Positions 46,289 to 55,994 of a stretch of 64,000 bases of DNA are shown piece by piece. The position numbers were made by a program, and so were the translations under genes. How positions within the stretch are numbered: position 1 is the stretch's first letter; each line of letters starts with the position of its first letter. The DNA comes from an uncultured Gammaproteobacteria bacterium (lineage in GTDB: Bacteria > Patescibacteriota > Patescibacteriia > Magasanikbacterales > UBA922), in the NCBI GenBank assembly GCA_964597575.1, contig CAZQXB010000001.1:704595-768594 (forward strand), given 5' to 3'. The notes under the pieces were generated by a model. That model worked only from the letters and a program-made list of their open reading frames with translations, was not told the DNA's origin and searched no databases.

Positions 46289-47959
46289 ATGGAAAATACC
46301 TCTCAAATTCTTCTTACCGAACTCCTTCTTACCCTTCCAAACACGAAGGAGGAATTTGACGCACGCCGTACCAAAATTGCCGCGAAGATGAAAATGCGAC
46401 AACCAGGCAACCGGGAACTTCTTTTTACTTATCAAAAACTCCTCAAAGAGAAAAAAATCGCCAAAAGTGAGTTGTTCGAAAAACTCCTCCGAAAGGCAGA
46501 CGTGCGCAATGTTTCAGGAATCGCCGTTATTACTTCCCTCGTTAAACCATACACCTGCCCAGGAAAGTGCGTTTACTGCCCGACGGAAGTCCGCATGCCA
46601 AAAAGCTATATTGCCTCGGAACCCGCTGCTGCTCGGGCTCTCCGTTTAGATTTTTCCCCCTACGAGCAGATGCGTCGTCGCATTGAATCGCTTGAAATGA
46701 ATGGGCATCACGTGGATAAAATTGAATATATTATTAAGGGTGGTACATGGAACGCCTACCCGATTAAATACCAATACTGGTTCATGCTCGAATCATTTCG
46801 AGCAGCTAATGAAACCGGGGGGCGGGCACGCAAAAATACCGTTCTTCTCAAAGAAACCTCTCCCCTTTCCGACCTAGAAAAGGCTCTCGCAAAAGAACAG
46901 AAGAAAAATGAGACGGCAAAACACCGATTGATCGGGGTCACTTTGGAAACTCGACCCGACGCTATCTCTCCGAAATCAATTCTCCATATGCGCCGGCAAG
47001 GGTGCACCAGGGTCGAACTTGGGCTTCAAGCCCCAGATGACAAAATTTTAGAACTCATTCGTCGCGGGCATACCGTTGACGAATTTCGCAGTGCCCTCAA
47101 ACTTCTTCGTGATGCTGGGTTTAAGGTCGACCTTCACTTCATGCCGGATTTACCTGGTACCACTCCTGAACATGATGTGGAAATGTATAAGCTACTTTTT
47201 TCTGACGAAGGGCTGAAGCCTGACATGGTCAAAATATATCCGAACACTGTGATTCCTTCGGCAGAACTGTACCAATGGTTTCTCGATGGCCGCTTTACGC
47301 CCTACGGAGATAAAGCGTTGTTTGAAGCGCTCATTCAGATGAAAGAAGCAACACCACGTTACTGCCGTATTTCACGACTTATTCGCGATATTCCGGCCAC
47401 CGAAATCAAAGGCGGAAATTCCATTACCAACTTACGTGAAATGCTTGAGACAGAAATGAAAAAAAGAAGCCTTACGTGCCACTGCTTGCGATGCCGTGAA
47501 ATTGGACGTGTTCTCACGAAACACCCTAAAGAAGCTGAACGACTGGTGGCAGAAAAACCACAGTTTTTTGCTGAATCATACGAAACGACAGGTGGCACAG
47601 AATACTTTCTCACTTTTGAAGATAGTGAACGCAAAGCGGTCTACGCGTTTTTACGATTACGAATTCCTGAAAAAGATTTGGATAATAAAAAAATGCTCTA
47701 TACCCTCATTCCAGAAATTAAAGATGTGGCGTTTGTGCGCGAACTCCACACGTATGGCAACTTGGTAAAAATTGGAGCACAGACAGAAGGTGCGAGCCAA
47801 CACAAAGGGTTAGGGAAAGCACTCTTGGTTGAAGCAGAAAAAATCTCAAAAGAACATGGCTTTAAAAAAGTAGCGGTTATTTCTGGCGTAGGCGTCCGCG
47901 GCTACTATCGCAAATGGGGATATAAAAAACAAGGAACGTATATGGTGAAAAAAATATAG
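46289..47959 (+). CDS. elp3: Elp3 tRNA uridine(34) carboxymethyltransferase (radical SAM + GNAT)
   Basis: CPGKCVYCP..PKSY..EPA, TLETRPD, RVELG.Q, KIYP, R.IRDIP, C.RCRE, VRELH.YG, QHKGLG, ISGVGVR.YY. Confidence 0.92.
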   Translation: MENTSQILLTELLLTLPNTKEEFDARRTKIAAKMKMRQPGNRELLFTYQKLLKEKKIAKSELFEKLLRKADVRNVSGIAVITSLVKPYTCPGKCVYCPTEVRMPKSYIASEPAAARALRLDFSPYEQMRRRIESLEMNGHHVDKIEYIIKGGTWNAYPIKYQYWFMLESFRAANETGGRARKNTVLLKETSPLSDLEKALAKEQKKNETAKHRLIGVTLETRPDAISPKSILHMRRQGCTRVELGLQAPDDKILELIRRGHTVDEFRSALKLLRDAGFKVDLHFMPDLPGTTPEHDVEMYKLLFSDEGLKPDMVKIYPNTVIPSAELYQWFLDGRFTPYGDKALFEALIQMKEATPRYCRISRLIRDIPATEIKGGNSITNLREMLETEMKKRSLTCHCLRCREIGRVLTKHPKEAERLVAEKPQFFAESYETTGGTEYFLTFEDSERKAVYAFLRLRIPEKDLDNKKMLYTLIPEIKDVAFVRELHTYGNLVKIGAQTEGASQHKGLGKALLVEAEKISKEHGFKKVAVISGVGVRGYYRKWGYKKQGTYMVKKI

Positions 47960-48059
47960 CCATGCTAGGATACGGACATACTTCATTATCTACAGATATA
48001 TGGTGTAACATGTCTCTTGAGCGCGTACTTTCTAAATTACTCTAGAGATTTTTTTATTT

Positions 48060-49304
48060 ATGATGAACCGTACTCCTCTTTCCTCATTTGATATCGATGT
48101 CGCCAACGCCCTGAAAAAAGAACTGGATCGTGAAGAATCTGGGCTTGAACTTATCCCTTCAGAAAATTTTGTCTCCCCTGCCGTACTTGAGGCACTTGGC
48201 AGTGTGGCCACCAACAAATACGCCGAAGGTTTACCCGGCAAGCGTTACTATGGTGGCTGCGAAAATATCGACGTAATTGAACAGCTCGCCATTGATCGTG
48301 CCAAAGAATTATTCGGAGCAGAACACGTAAACGTGCAACCACTCTCTGGCGCCCCAGCAAATTTGGCTGCCTATTTTGCCTTACTCCAACCAGGAGATAC
48401 CATTCTTGGCATGGACCTCTCTCACGGTGGGCATTTAACGCACGGCCACCCGGTAACCGTCATGGCAAAAATTTTTAATTTCATTCGCTATAAAACAAAC
48501 GCGGAGGGAAAAATTGATCTCGACAATTTGCGCGAAATGGCGAAAACCCACAAACCTAAAATGATCTTAGTGGGATATAGTGCATACTCTCGTGAAATTG
48601 ATTATGCGGCCATAAAAGCGATTGCCGACGAAGTTGGCGCACTCACCATGGCAGACATTGCCCACATTGCTGGCCTCATTGCGGGAAAGCAAATGAATAA
48701 CCCCGTTCCCCTTTTCGACATTGTAACCACAACCACCCATAAGACCCTTCGTGGACCTCGTGGTGGCATGATTATGTGCAAAAAGATCCATGCGGCAGCA
48801 GTCAATAAAACCATCTTCCCAGGGCTCCAGGGTGGCCCACACGAAAATGTGATTGCAGCAAAAGCTGTGGCCTTTAAAGAAGCACTTTTGCCATCGTTTC
48901 AAGAATACGCGAAACAAATTAAATTAAACGCTAAAATACTGGAAGAAGAATTGAGAAACCGCGATTACCGATTAATGTTTGAGGGTACCGACAACCACCT
49001 CCTTCTTGTCGACGTTACACCGAAAGGAATTACCGGTGCCATTGCTCAAGAAACGCTCGATAAAGCAGGTATCACCTTAAATAAAAACATGATTCCGGAT
49101 GACCCTCGCCCACCACTTGATCCTTCAGGGATTCGCTTGGGTACGCCAGCCATTACCACCCGCGGCATGAAAGAGGCTGAGATGCGTCTTGTTGCAGACC
49201 TTATTGACCGCGCGCTCATGAATCACAGCAATGAAACCATGCTTCGAGACATTAAAAATGAAGTGAAGAGCCTTACAAGCAAATTCCCTCTCTATGCAGT
49301 CTAG
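48060..49304 (+). CDS. glyA: serine hydroxymethyltransferase
   Basis: LIPSENF, NKYAEG.PGKRYYGG, GGHLTHG, TTTHKTLRGPRGG. Confidence 0.98.
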   Translation: MMNRTPLSSFDIDVANALKKELDREESGLELIPSENFVSPAVLEALGSVATNKYAEGLPGKRYYGGCENIDVIEQLAIDRAKELFGAEHVNVQPLSGAPANLAAYFALLQPGDTILGMDLSHGGHLTHGHPVTVMAKIFNFIRYKTNAEGKIDLDNLREMAKTHKPKMILVGYSAYSREIDYAAIKAIADEVGALTMADIAHIAGLIAGKQMNNPVPLFDIVTTTTHKTLRGPRGGMIMCKKIHAAAVNKTIFPGLQGGPHENVIAAKAVAFKEALLPSFQEYAKQIKLNAKILEEELRNRDYRLMFEGTDNHLLLVDVTPKGITGAIAQETLDKAGITLNKNMIPDDPRPPLDPSGIRLGTPAITTRGMKEAEMRLVADLIDRALMNHSNETMLRDIKNEVKSLTSKFPLYAV

Positions 49305-49734
49305 TGGGCAAGAGAAAATTTTTCAGACTGAGGCGCAAATGATGGATTTCGGGCAAGAATTCTCTTCAACTCTTCGGGGGGGAGATATTGTAACTCTTCA
49401 TGGCGAACTTGGGGCAGGAAAAACAACGCTCACAAAAGGTATTCTTCAAGGTATGGGCGTGAAAGAAATTCTTGGAAGCCCTACGTTCACCCTTATGAAC
49501 GTATATGGTGTACCAGCACCGAAAAATGAAATTTCGACTGTTATCCATATCGATGCCTACCGCACAGAAAGTGAAGCGGAATTTCTTGATATCGGTATTG
49601 AAGACTACTTAGGAAAAGAAGATACCGTTTGTATTATTGAGTGGCCGGAAAAAATTTCTGGATTACTTAAGAATAAAAAAATAACACCCCTTTATCTGAC
49701 CCATATTCCCGAGGGGCGTAAAGTATCTTTCTAA
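49294..49734 (+). CDS. tsaE: t6A biosynthesis ATPase
   Basis: GELGAGKTT, SPTFTL, HIDAYR, IEWPE. Confidence 0.95.
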   Translation: MQSSGQEKIFQTEAQMMDFGQEFSSTLRGGDIVTLHGELGAGKTTLTKGILQGMGVKEILGSPTFTLMNVYGVPAPKNEISTVIHIDAYRTESEAEFLDIGIEDYLGKEDTVCIIEWPEKISGLLKNKKITPLYLTHIPEGRKVSF

Positions 49735-49753
49735 AAAAATTCTCACACAGAAC

Positions 49754-49780
49754 AAAAGAACCCCACAAGCGGGTTCTTTT
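49754..49780. terminator. bidirectional terminator
   Basis: AAAAGAACCC-N7-GGGTTCTTTT between convergent genes. Confidence 0.7.
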
Positions 49781-50883
49781 TAGTACTGACGATGCCAGAG
49801 TCGATACAGCCAATACGCAATAAATTCTTGAATACGCATGAGCCATCCCCGTTTCGCCCATTCCTCGGGTAAGAGTTGTCGCGATTCTTCAAGCCACTGA
49901 TCAAGCGTACCTCGGAGTGCCTGAACAGCTTTTTTATCGTGCACCACAGCGTTCGCCTCATAGTTATCATAGAAGCTCGTAGGGTCGATATTACTTGAAC
50001 CGACCATGGCCCACTCATCATCGACTAAGACCCCTTTTCCATGCATCATACGGTTCACCACATGCACGTTCACGCCGAGTTTATGCATAAGTGACATCCA
50101 CCCATATGCTGCGTATGTGGCAATGCGTACATCTGTGCGCCAAGGCATAAGCAAGTCCACCCGTACCCCACGTTTCCGTGCGGCCCAAAGTGCCTGAAGA
50201 AATTTCTTGTCGGGAAAATAATATGGAGTAAACAAGGTTACACTTGTCTTGGCATTCCCCAGTGCTTTCGTATACTGCTCTCGTGCATTTGATTTTTTAT
50301 CATGCGCGTCATCGTACACAAATTCAATATCCTTACCATTTTTTTTCCAAGGTTCTTTTGCCGTGGCAGTGAGTAAATGTTTCACGGCTTTTTTTGGCCC
50401 GCCACAAATATGATACATTTTTGCAAAAGTACGCAGAAGCGACCGCACAGCTTTTCCCTCAATTCGCAGTTGCACATCTAACCAATCTCCCATGTGCTGC
50501 TGGATATTCACGCCGCCAATAAACCCAATTTTTTCATCAACAATAAGCACTTTGCGATGCGTTCGAGAAATCATCATGCGCCAAATACCGCGATAACGCT
50601 TTTTCCGTTCTTGAAAAACGCGCACATCAACCCCAGCGGCTCGAAGTGAATTAATTCGTGTTCGCGACAAGGAAAAACTGCCGAGCCCATCGATAATAAG
50701 CTTAACGTCTACACCTGCTTTTGCTTTCTCGGTAATAAGGTCAAAAAAACGACCACCGGCTTCGTCGTCAACAAAAATATACAGCTCCCAATATACCGAT
50801 TGCTTTGCACCCTGAATTGCCTCGTACATGGCATCCCAAGCAAGCTGTGAAGTAGAATAAATATTAACACGAGACGGAGACAT
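49780..50883 (-). CDS. cardiolipin synthase-like phospholipase D (ClsB-type)
   Basis: Two HKD motifs, HRKVLIVD and HGKGVLVD; TPYYFP; GSSN. Confidence 0.9.
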   Translation of the reverse strand: MSPSRVNIYSTSQLAWDAMYEAIQGAKQSVYWELYIFVDDEAGGRFFDLITEKAKAGVDVKLIIDGLGSFSLSRTRINSLRAAGVDVRVFQERKKRYRGIWRMMISRTHRKVLIVDEKIGFIGGVNIQQHMGDWLDVQLRIEGKAVRSLLRTFAKMYHICGGPKKAVKHLLTATAKEPWKKNGKDIEFVYDDAHDKKSNAREQYTKALGNAKTSVTLFTPYYFPDKKFLQALWAARKRGVRVDLLMPWRTDVRIATYAAYGWMSLMHKLGVNVHVVNRMMHGKGVLVDDEWAMVGSSNIDPTSFYDNYEANAVVHDKKAVQALRGTLDQWLEESRQLLPEEWAKRGWLMRIQEFIAYWLYRLWHRQY

Positions 50884-50890
50884 ATCGGGG

Positions 50891-52114
50891 TTACTGATCT
50901 TCAAAGTAGTGTACACCTAAAAGTTCTTCCGGCATATAGGTTTGATCAACGGGTTCCTTAAAATCTGGATTGTACTTATACTCTTTCCCGTACCCAATTT
51001 CTTTCATAAATTTCGTCGGCGCGTTACGCAAATGAAGAGGCACCCCGACATGGGAAGTTCGTCGTGCATCGTCTGCAGCTTTTTTATAAGCCGTATAGAG
51101 TGCATTTGATTTTTTTGATTTCGCACAGTACACCACAGCTTGCGCTAAATGTACGGCACATTCTGGCATCCCCAACTTGTGACAAGCATCGTATGCCGCA
51201 TTCGCCTGAATGAGCGCCTCACTATTTGCCATACCAATATCTTCACTCGCAAACCGAACCACTCGACGTGCGATATAGAGCGGATCTGCCCCACCCTCAA
51301 GCATGCGTGCCAACCAATACAGCGAAGCGGTCGGGTCAGAACCGCGCATTGATTTATGAAGTGCTGAAATAGCATTGTAAAATTCTTCACCGCGTTTATC
51401 AAAAACCACATGCACGCGTTGCATCGCTTCTTTCGCAAGAGAAACGCTCACTTCTTTTTTGTGCATCTTTTTCGCGAGCGTTACGGCCAGATCAAGAGTA
51501 TTTAGTGCGGCCCGAGCATCACCCCCGGATGCTTCTGAAATAAATGAAAGCGTATCCGGAGGCACCACCACGGATTCATTACCCAAACCATTCTCGGTAT
51601 CTTTCAGTGCCCGCTCAAGCACCGCTTGAATGTGCTCTGGTAATAATGATTCTAAGATAAACACTCTGGTGCGTGATAAAAGCGCTCCAATAATTTCAAA
51701 AGAAGGATTTTCGGTGGTAGCACCAATAAGCGTAACCACTCCTCGTTCCACATGCGGCAAAAGAGCATCTTGCTGCGCTTTATTCCAGCGGTGAATTTCA
51801 TCAACAAACAAAAGGGTTTTTTGCCCCTCAAGCGATCGTTCTTTGGCTTCAAGAATTACTTTATTTAAATCGGCCTTACCACTCGTCACCCCAGAAAGAG
51901 CAACAAAAACAGCATTACTTTGTCGTGCGATAATTTCGGCAAGCGTCGTTTTTCCGACCCCCGGAGGACCCCAAAAAACAAGCGAAGGCACTTCCCCGCC
52001 GAGGATAAGCTCACGAAGCATTTTTCCCTCTCCCACAATAGCAAGCTGACCCACGAATTCATCGAGGGTTTTTGGTCGCATGCGATTGGCTAATGGAGCT
52101 ATTGGGCTTGGCAT
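50891..52114 (-). CDS. rarA: replication-associated recombination protein A
   Basis: PLANRMRP, GPPGVGKTT, DEIHR.NK.QQD, SALHKSMRGSD, ASEDIG. Confidence 0.96.
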   Translation of the reverse strand: MPSPIAPLANRMRPKTLDEFVGQLAIVGEGKMLRELILGGEVPSLVFWGPPGVGKTTLAEIIARQSNAVFVALSGVTSGKADLNKVILEAKERSLEGQKTLLFVDEIHRWNKAQQDALLPHVERGVVTLIGATTENPSFEIIGALLSRTRVFILESLLPEHIQAVLERALKDTENGLGNESVVVPPDTLSFISEASGGDARAALNTLDLAVTLAKKMHKKEVSVSLAKEAMQRVHVVFDKRGEEFYNAISALHKSMRGSDPTASLYWLARMLEGGADPLYIARRVVRFASEDIGMANSEALIQANAAYDACHKLGMPECAVHLAQAVVYCAKSKKSNALYTAYKKAADDARRTSHVGVPLHLRNAPTKFMKEIGYGKEYKYNPDFKEPVDQTYMPEELLGVHYFEDQ

Positions 52115-52169
52115 AAAACAGAGGTACTCTCTATCTTAGACAAGCCGCTCCGAGAAGTAAAGACTCGGC

Positions 52170-52868
52170 TTACGGATGAATGACCGTCCCTTTAAACCGC
52201 TCTCCCAGAAGTGCTTTTTCCACCTCTACAATATTTGTTCCCCGAAGAATTCCGACGGTTAGTTTCAACTTTGTGGCGTGCTTTGTGGCGATTGGATCAA
52301 ACGGGGCACTATACCCCGCTACCCACGCCCCCTCTGGGCTCATCGCCTGATACTCTTTCCACGTCATCTGGTCGAGCGCTTGAGCGTCGGTAGCATGCTG
52401 CGGATCTTTATCAAACACATAATCAATGTTTGAAAGATTATACAGATGCGATACGCCATATGTTTTAGCGAAAAGAACTGCCCCGGTATCTGTAGAAAAC
52501 CCTGGCTTCCAGCCGCCTGCCACAATAATTGGGGCTTTAGTTCGCACTTTCTTTCGAGGATCACGCAATACTTCTTTGTGAGCAGCCTCACCAAATAAAA
52601 CTCGAATAAATTCTGCGTTAAGGAGAGTGGCGTGAATACCGACCAAATCAAGATCATTATTATCATTTTCACCGAGTGAACGAAGCGCACCTTGATACGC
52701 CCGAGCTGTCCCTCCGCCACCAACAACCAAAATAAACCGACCACCCTCTTTTACTCGTCGTAAAATGAGATCACGAAATGCTTGCAAAAACGGAACATCA
52801 AACCCATCTTTCGGAATAACGATTGATCCCCCAAGAGAGAGTACGGTATACATCGGGTGTGGCGACAT
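52170..52868 (-). CDS. pyrH: UMP kinase, archaeal-type
   Basis: SLGGS, VVGGGGTARAY, DLVGI.AT.LNA, PGFSTD, N.DYV.DKDP, APFDP.A. Confidence 0.88.
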   Translation of the reverse strand: MSPHPMYTVLSLGGSIVIPKDGFDVPFLQAFRDLILRRVKEGGRFILVVGGGGTARAYQGALRSLGENDNNDLDLVGIHATLLNAEFIRVLFGEAAHKEVLRDPRKKVRTKAPIIVAGGWKPGFSTDTGAVLFAKTYGVSHLYNLSNIDYVFDKDPQHATDAQALDQMTWKEYQAMSPEGAWVAGYSAPFDPIATKHATKLKLTVGILRGTNIVEVEKALLGERFKGTVIHP

Positions 52869-52882
52869 AGAAAAATAAAAAG

Positions 52883-53047
52883 TTAGTCAGACGAAGATTT
52901 TGGCCAAAAATGCTGTCCTCGTTTTTTGAGTTTACTAAACGCTTCTTTTTTAAATTGTTCCGGCTTATTTGCGAGCCATCGACTTGGTGTCCGATAGGCT
53001 GTCTTTCCCTTTCCTTTCTGCACTCGGCTTGAGGAATAGTTTTTCAT
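52883..53047 (-). CDS. 54-aa basic small protein
   Basis: MKNYSSSRVQKGKGKTAYRTPSRWLANKPEQFKKEAFSKLKKRGQHFWPKSSSD exactly fills the gap; absent from ORF track. Confidence 0.5.
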   Translation of the reverse strand: MKNYSSSRVQKGKGKTAYRTPSRWLANKPEQFKKEAFSKLKKRGQHFWPKSSSD

Positions 53048-53051
53048 ACAC

Positions 53052-53393
53052 TTAGTTGTCCCGCTGCCATGAACTGAGAATTCCGTTAACTAACGCCATA
53101 AGAAGCGCTCCGAAAATGGCCGCCCAGAAGCCAACAACTTCGAATCCTTCTAAAATACTGCCGGCAAACCAAAACAAAAATCCGTTTAAGATAAAAGTAA
53201 AAAGGCCCAAAGTTAAAATATTTACCGGCAAGGTAAGCACAAGAAGAATAGGACGAATAACCGCATTAATAACCCCTAAAATAAGTGCAGCGATAAGAGC
53301 TGCCCCAAACCCTGCCACCTCAACATTTGGAAGAATATACGCGATTGCGAGTAAGGCGAATGCGTTTACAACCCAACGAATAATGAGAGCCAT
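53052..53393 (-). CDS. YvlD/phage-holin-family membrane protein
   Basis: NAVIRPILLVLTLPVNILTLGLFTFILNG. Confidence 0.88.
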   Translation of the reverse strand: MALIIRWVVNAFALLAIAYILPNVEVAGFGAALIAALILGVINAVIRPILLVLTLPVNILTLGLFTFILNGFLFWFAGSILEGFEVVGFWAAIFGALLMALVNGILSSWQRDN

Positions 53394-53436
53394 ACGATAC
53401 AGTACATTAAGAATGAATAGTTGGTGTGGAGATATA

Positions 53437-54318
53437 TTACCCCCTTTTTAGTACTATAACCCCATTACCCTCTTCTATCAAGCCGTCACGAAGTAACCCT
53501 TCAAGAATACTATTCATCTTCTCTTTTGAACGATCGGGAAAAGCCAAGAGCACATTTTTTCGTGAAACTTTTTTTGACACACGAAGTGTTTCAATAATAC
53601 GCCCGCGCACATACCGATTCGAATCAAGGAACCGAACCGTGGGTTTTTTCAGCACTCTTTTCTTCTTCTGAACTTTGAATGCCGCTTTGCAAAGAGTGTT
53701 CAGCGGACAGGTGCCACACAGGGGCGCCTTTGCGGTACATTGGAGTGATCCAAAATCCATGAGCGCTTGGTTCCAATCGTACGCTCTCTTTTTCGGAAGA
53801 ATTTCTTCGGCCACCGTAAGAAGCACCTCATCAGACACTACTTTATTTGCTCCAAAAAAGACCCGGGAATAAAAACGACGGTGATTCGTATCCATCATGG
53901 GAATAGGTTTTTGAAAGGCGAACGAAAGAATGGCTCGAGCAGTGTAATCGCCCACTCCGGGCAGGGTCTTTAATGTTTCTTTGTCTTCAGGAAATACCCC
54001 CTTAAAATCGTTTAGCACTGTCTCAGCTGTTCGTTTTAAAAAAAGCGCTCTCCTGTTATACCCTAACCCTTGCCAAGCCATAATAACCCTAGCGGGTGTT
54101 GCTTCAGCAAGTTTTTTTACTGTTGGAAATGACGCAAGAAAAGCGAGATACTTTGGAATGACCCGATCAACCTGGGTTTGCTGGAGCATCACCTCGGAAA
54201 CAAGAATATGGTACGCATCGTGCGTGAGGCGCCATGGCAAATGAGTTCGGGCATGTTTTTTATACCAACTCAATATGTTCCTCCGAATAGCGCTCCTCTT
54301 TTTTATTTCCTGAACCAT
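53437..54318 (-). CDS. mutY: A/G-specific adenine glycosylase (short form)
   Basis: LPWR, VSEVMLQQTQV, WQGLGY, LPGVGDYTA, NQALMDFG, Cx6Cx2Cx5C. Confidence 0.93.
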   Translation of the reverse strand: MVQEIKKRSAIRRNILSWYKKHARTHLPWRLTHDAYHILVSEVMLQQTQVDRVIPKYLAFLASFPTVKKLAEATPARVIMAWQGLGYNRRALFLKRTAETVLNDFKGVFPEDKETLKTLPGVGDYTARAILSFAFQKPIPMMDTNHRRFYSRVFFGANKVVSDEVLLTVAEEILPKKRAYDWNQALMDFGSLQCTAKAPLCGTCPLNTLCKAAFKVQKKKRVLKKPTVRFLDSNRYVRGRIIETLRVSKKVSRKNVLLAFPDRSKEKMNSILEGLLRDGLIEEGNGVIVLKRG

Positions 54319-54323
54319 ATATG

Positions 54324-55097
54324 CTAGGTCCCAACCGTTCTTTTTTTCGGCGTAGTGCCTGTAACTCGGACCGGCACACCTTCATCAAGATAAGTAAACA
54401 AAATCTTTGCGTCAGGCTCACGCATATTAATACACCCATGCGAGTGCGTTTTCAAACCAAAATCATTATGCCAATACGCCGCATGAATATAATAGCCGCC
54501 AGTCTTAAACTCCATATTCCATTTTACATTCTTCAAGTCATATCCGACGCCAACATATCGCTTACTTGGTATTTTCTTTCCGATACTGAATACTCCGTCT
54601 GGTGTTGGCGTATTCGGATTTCCAGTGGAAACCGGAAATTCATAGAGGGCTTGGCCGCCGGCTACATACTGCATCATCTGCGTACTTCGATTAACCAAAA
54701 GTTCACGCGAGATGCGTGCTTGAGGTGAACCATCATTTGGACTATACCCCTCCATGAGTTCGACGTAATCCGTATGTCCGTCATTATCGGAATCTTTTCC
54801 ATGCATGTTTGTTCCAAACTGTACTTCTTGTGCATCAAACAGGCCGTCACCATCGGAATCTACGGTCGACAAAAGAACGTTTGCCCCATGATTCGGAGAA
54901 AAACCTTCCCCCACCTCTGTTCCATCAAAAAACCCATCACCGTCGGTGTCGCTATTCAATGCATTGGTCCCATACACCTTCTCCAAAATATCAGAGAGGC
55001 CGTCACCGTCCGTATCAACCTCTTCAGAAAATACCAAAGAAGGGCAGAGAGTAACCGCCACAAGCAAGCCAAGAAAAAAGGTGAGGCGTCTTTTCAT
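54324..55097 (-). CDS. secreted L,D-transpeptidase (YkuD) with TSP3 repeats
   Basis: Signal peptide, DTDGDGL repeats, PVSTG..TP.G, IH..YWH, SHGCIN. Confidence 0.9.
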   Translation of the reverse strand: MKRRLTFFLGLLVAVTLCPSLVFSEEVDTDGDGLSDILEKVYGTNALNSDTDGDGFFDGTEVGEGFSPNHGANVLLSTVDSDGDGLFDAQEVQFGTNMHGKDSDNDGHTDYVELMEGYSPNDGSPQARISRELLVNRSTQMMQYVAGGQALYEFPVSTGNPNTPTPDGVFSIGKKIPSKRYVGVGYDLKNVKWNMEFKTGGYYIHAAYWHNDFGLKTHSHGCINMREPDAKILFTYLDEGVPVRVTGTTPKKRTVGT

Positions 55098-55100
55098 ATA

Positions 55101-55994
55101 CTACTTACGCGACTGAACACGAAGACCATTTTTATCAATTGTTACCATAATATCACCTTGGGTGTCGGTACGCCAGATCATGCTTTTAAACCGATCGAGT
55201 CGACGAAGCACCCGGGGTGAAGGGTGCCCATAGGTATTTTCGACACCAGAAGAAATAATACTATGCTTCGGCTGTACCGCTTTCATAAAAAGATCGCTTG
55301 TTGAGCCCGGGCTCCCATGATGCCCGACTTTAAGTACGTCAGCCCGAAGTGAAGAGGAGGCGGTTCTCAATAAATACTTCTCGAGCTCATCTTCGGCGTC
55401 CCCCGTCATAAGAATCCTATGATCAGAGGCCGTCAGACGAAATACAATGGAACCATTATTCGAGCCCGTATCTTTGGTAAACGAGGGAACCCTGTTATCT
55501 GCCGCAAGGGCATGATTCGGGTACAGCCATTCAAACCCTACCCCAAACATCTGTTCTGTACCTGTGGCCAGGCGTATGGTGTGCAACGCCCCCTCACTTT
55601 TTATTCTTGATAAAAAATATTGCCATACCGGATCATTTGTTTTCGTGTCTCCATTCGTCATAACCGCATGAACAACAAATTTATTCAAAACATCCGTACA
55701 CCCTCCGTAGTGATCAAGGTCCGGATGCGTTACCAAAAGAAGGTCAATTTCTCGGTCAAAATACTGTTTCGCGCGCCCTAAAGCCTCAAGTACTTTGGCG
55801 TCTTTGCCACAATCGACGAGCATGTTTTTACCACCTTCAAAGGTGAAGTAGGTACTGTCTCCTTGGCCAATATCTAAAAACACCGCTCGCACTTCTCCAC
55901 TTCCTACAAGGGGAAATCGCTTTTTCTCGAACCAATACCAACTAAGCACCAAAGCGAGAAGGATAAGGGAAACAATGATCCAATTCTTTTTCAT
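55101..55994 (-). CDS. ComEC/Rec2 metallo-beta-lactamase domain protein
   Basis: FLDIGQGD, THPDLDHYGG, NNGS, TGDAE, KVGHHGS, YGHP, RTD..G. Confidence 0.92.
   Translation of the reverse strand: MKKNWIIVSLILLALVLSWYWFEKKRFPLVGSGEVRAVFLDIGQGDSTYFTFEGGKNMLVDCGKDAKVLEALGRAKQYFDREIDLLLVTHPDLDHYGGCTDVLNKFVVHAVMTNGDTKTNDPVWQYFLSRIKSEGALHTIRLATGTEQMFGVGFEWLYPNHALAADNRVPSFTKDTGSNNGSIVFRLTASDHRILMTGDAEDELEKYLLRTASSSLRADVLKVGHHGSPGSTSDLFMKAVQPKHSIISSGVENTYGHPSPRVLRRLDRFKSMIWRTDTQGDIMVTIDKNGLRVQSRK

Noticed and set aside
53052-53393. Holin-family gene as evidence of a prophage
   Set aside because: The YvlD-type family is commonly chromosomal, and there are no phage genes nearby.
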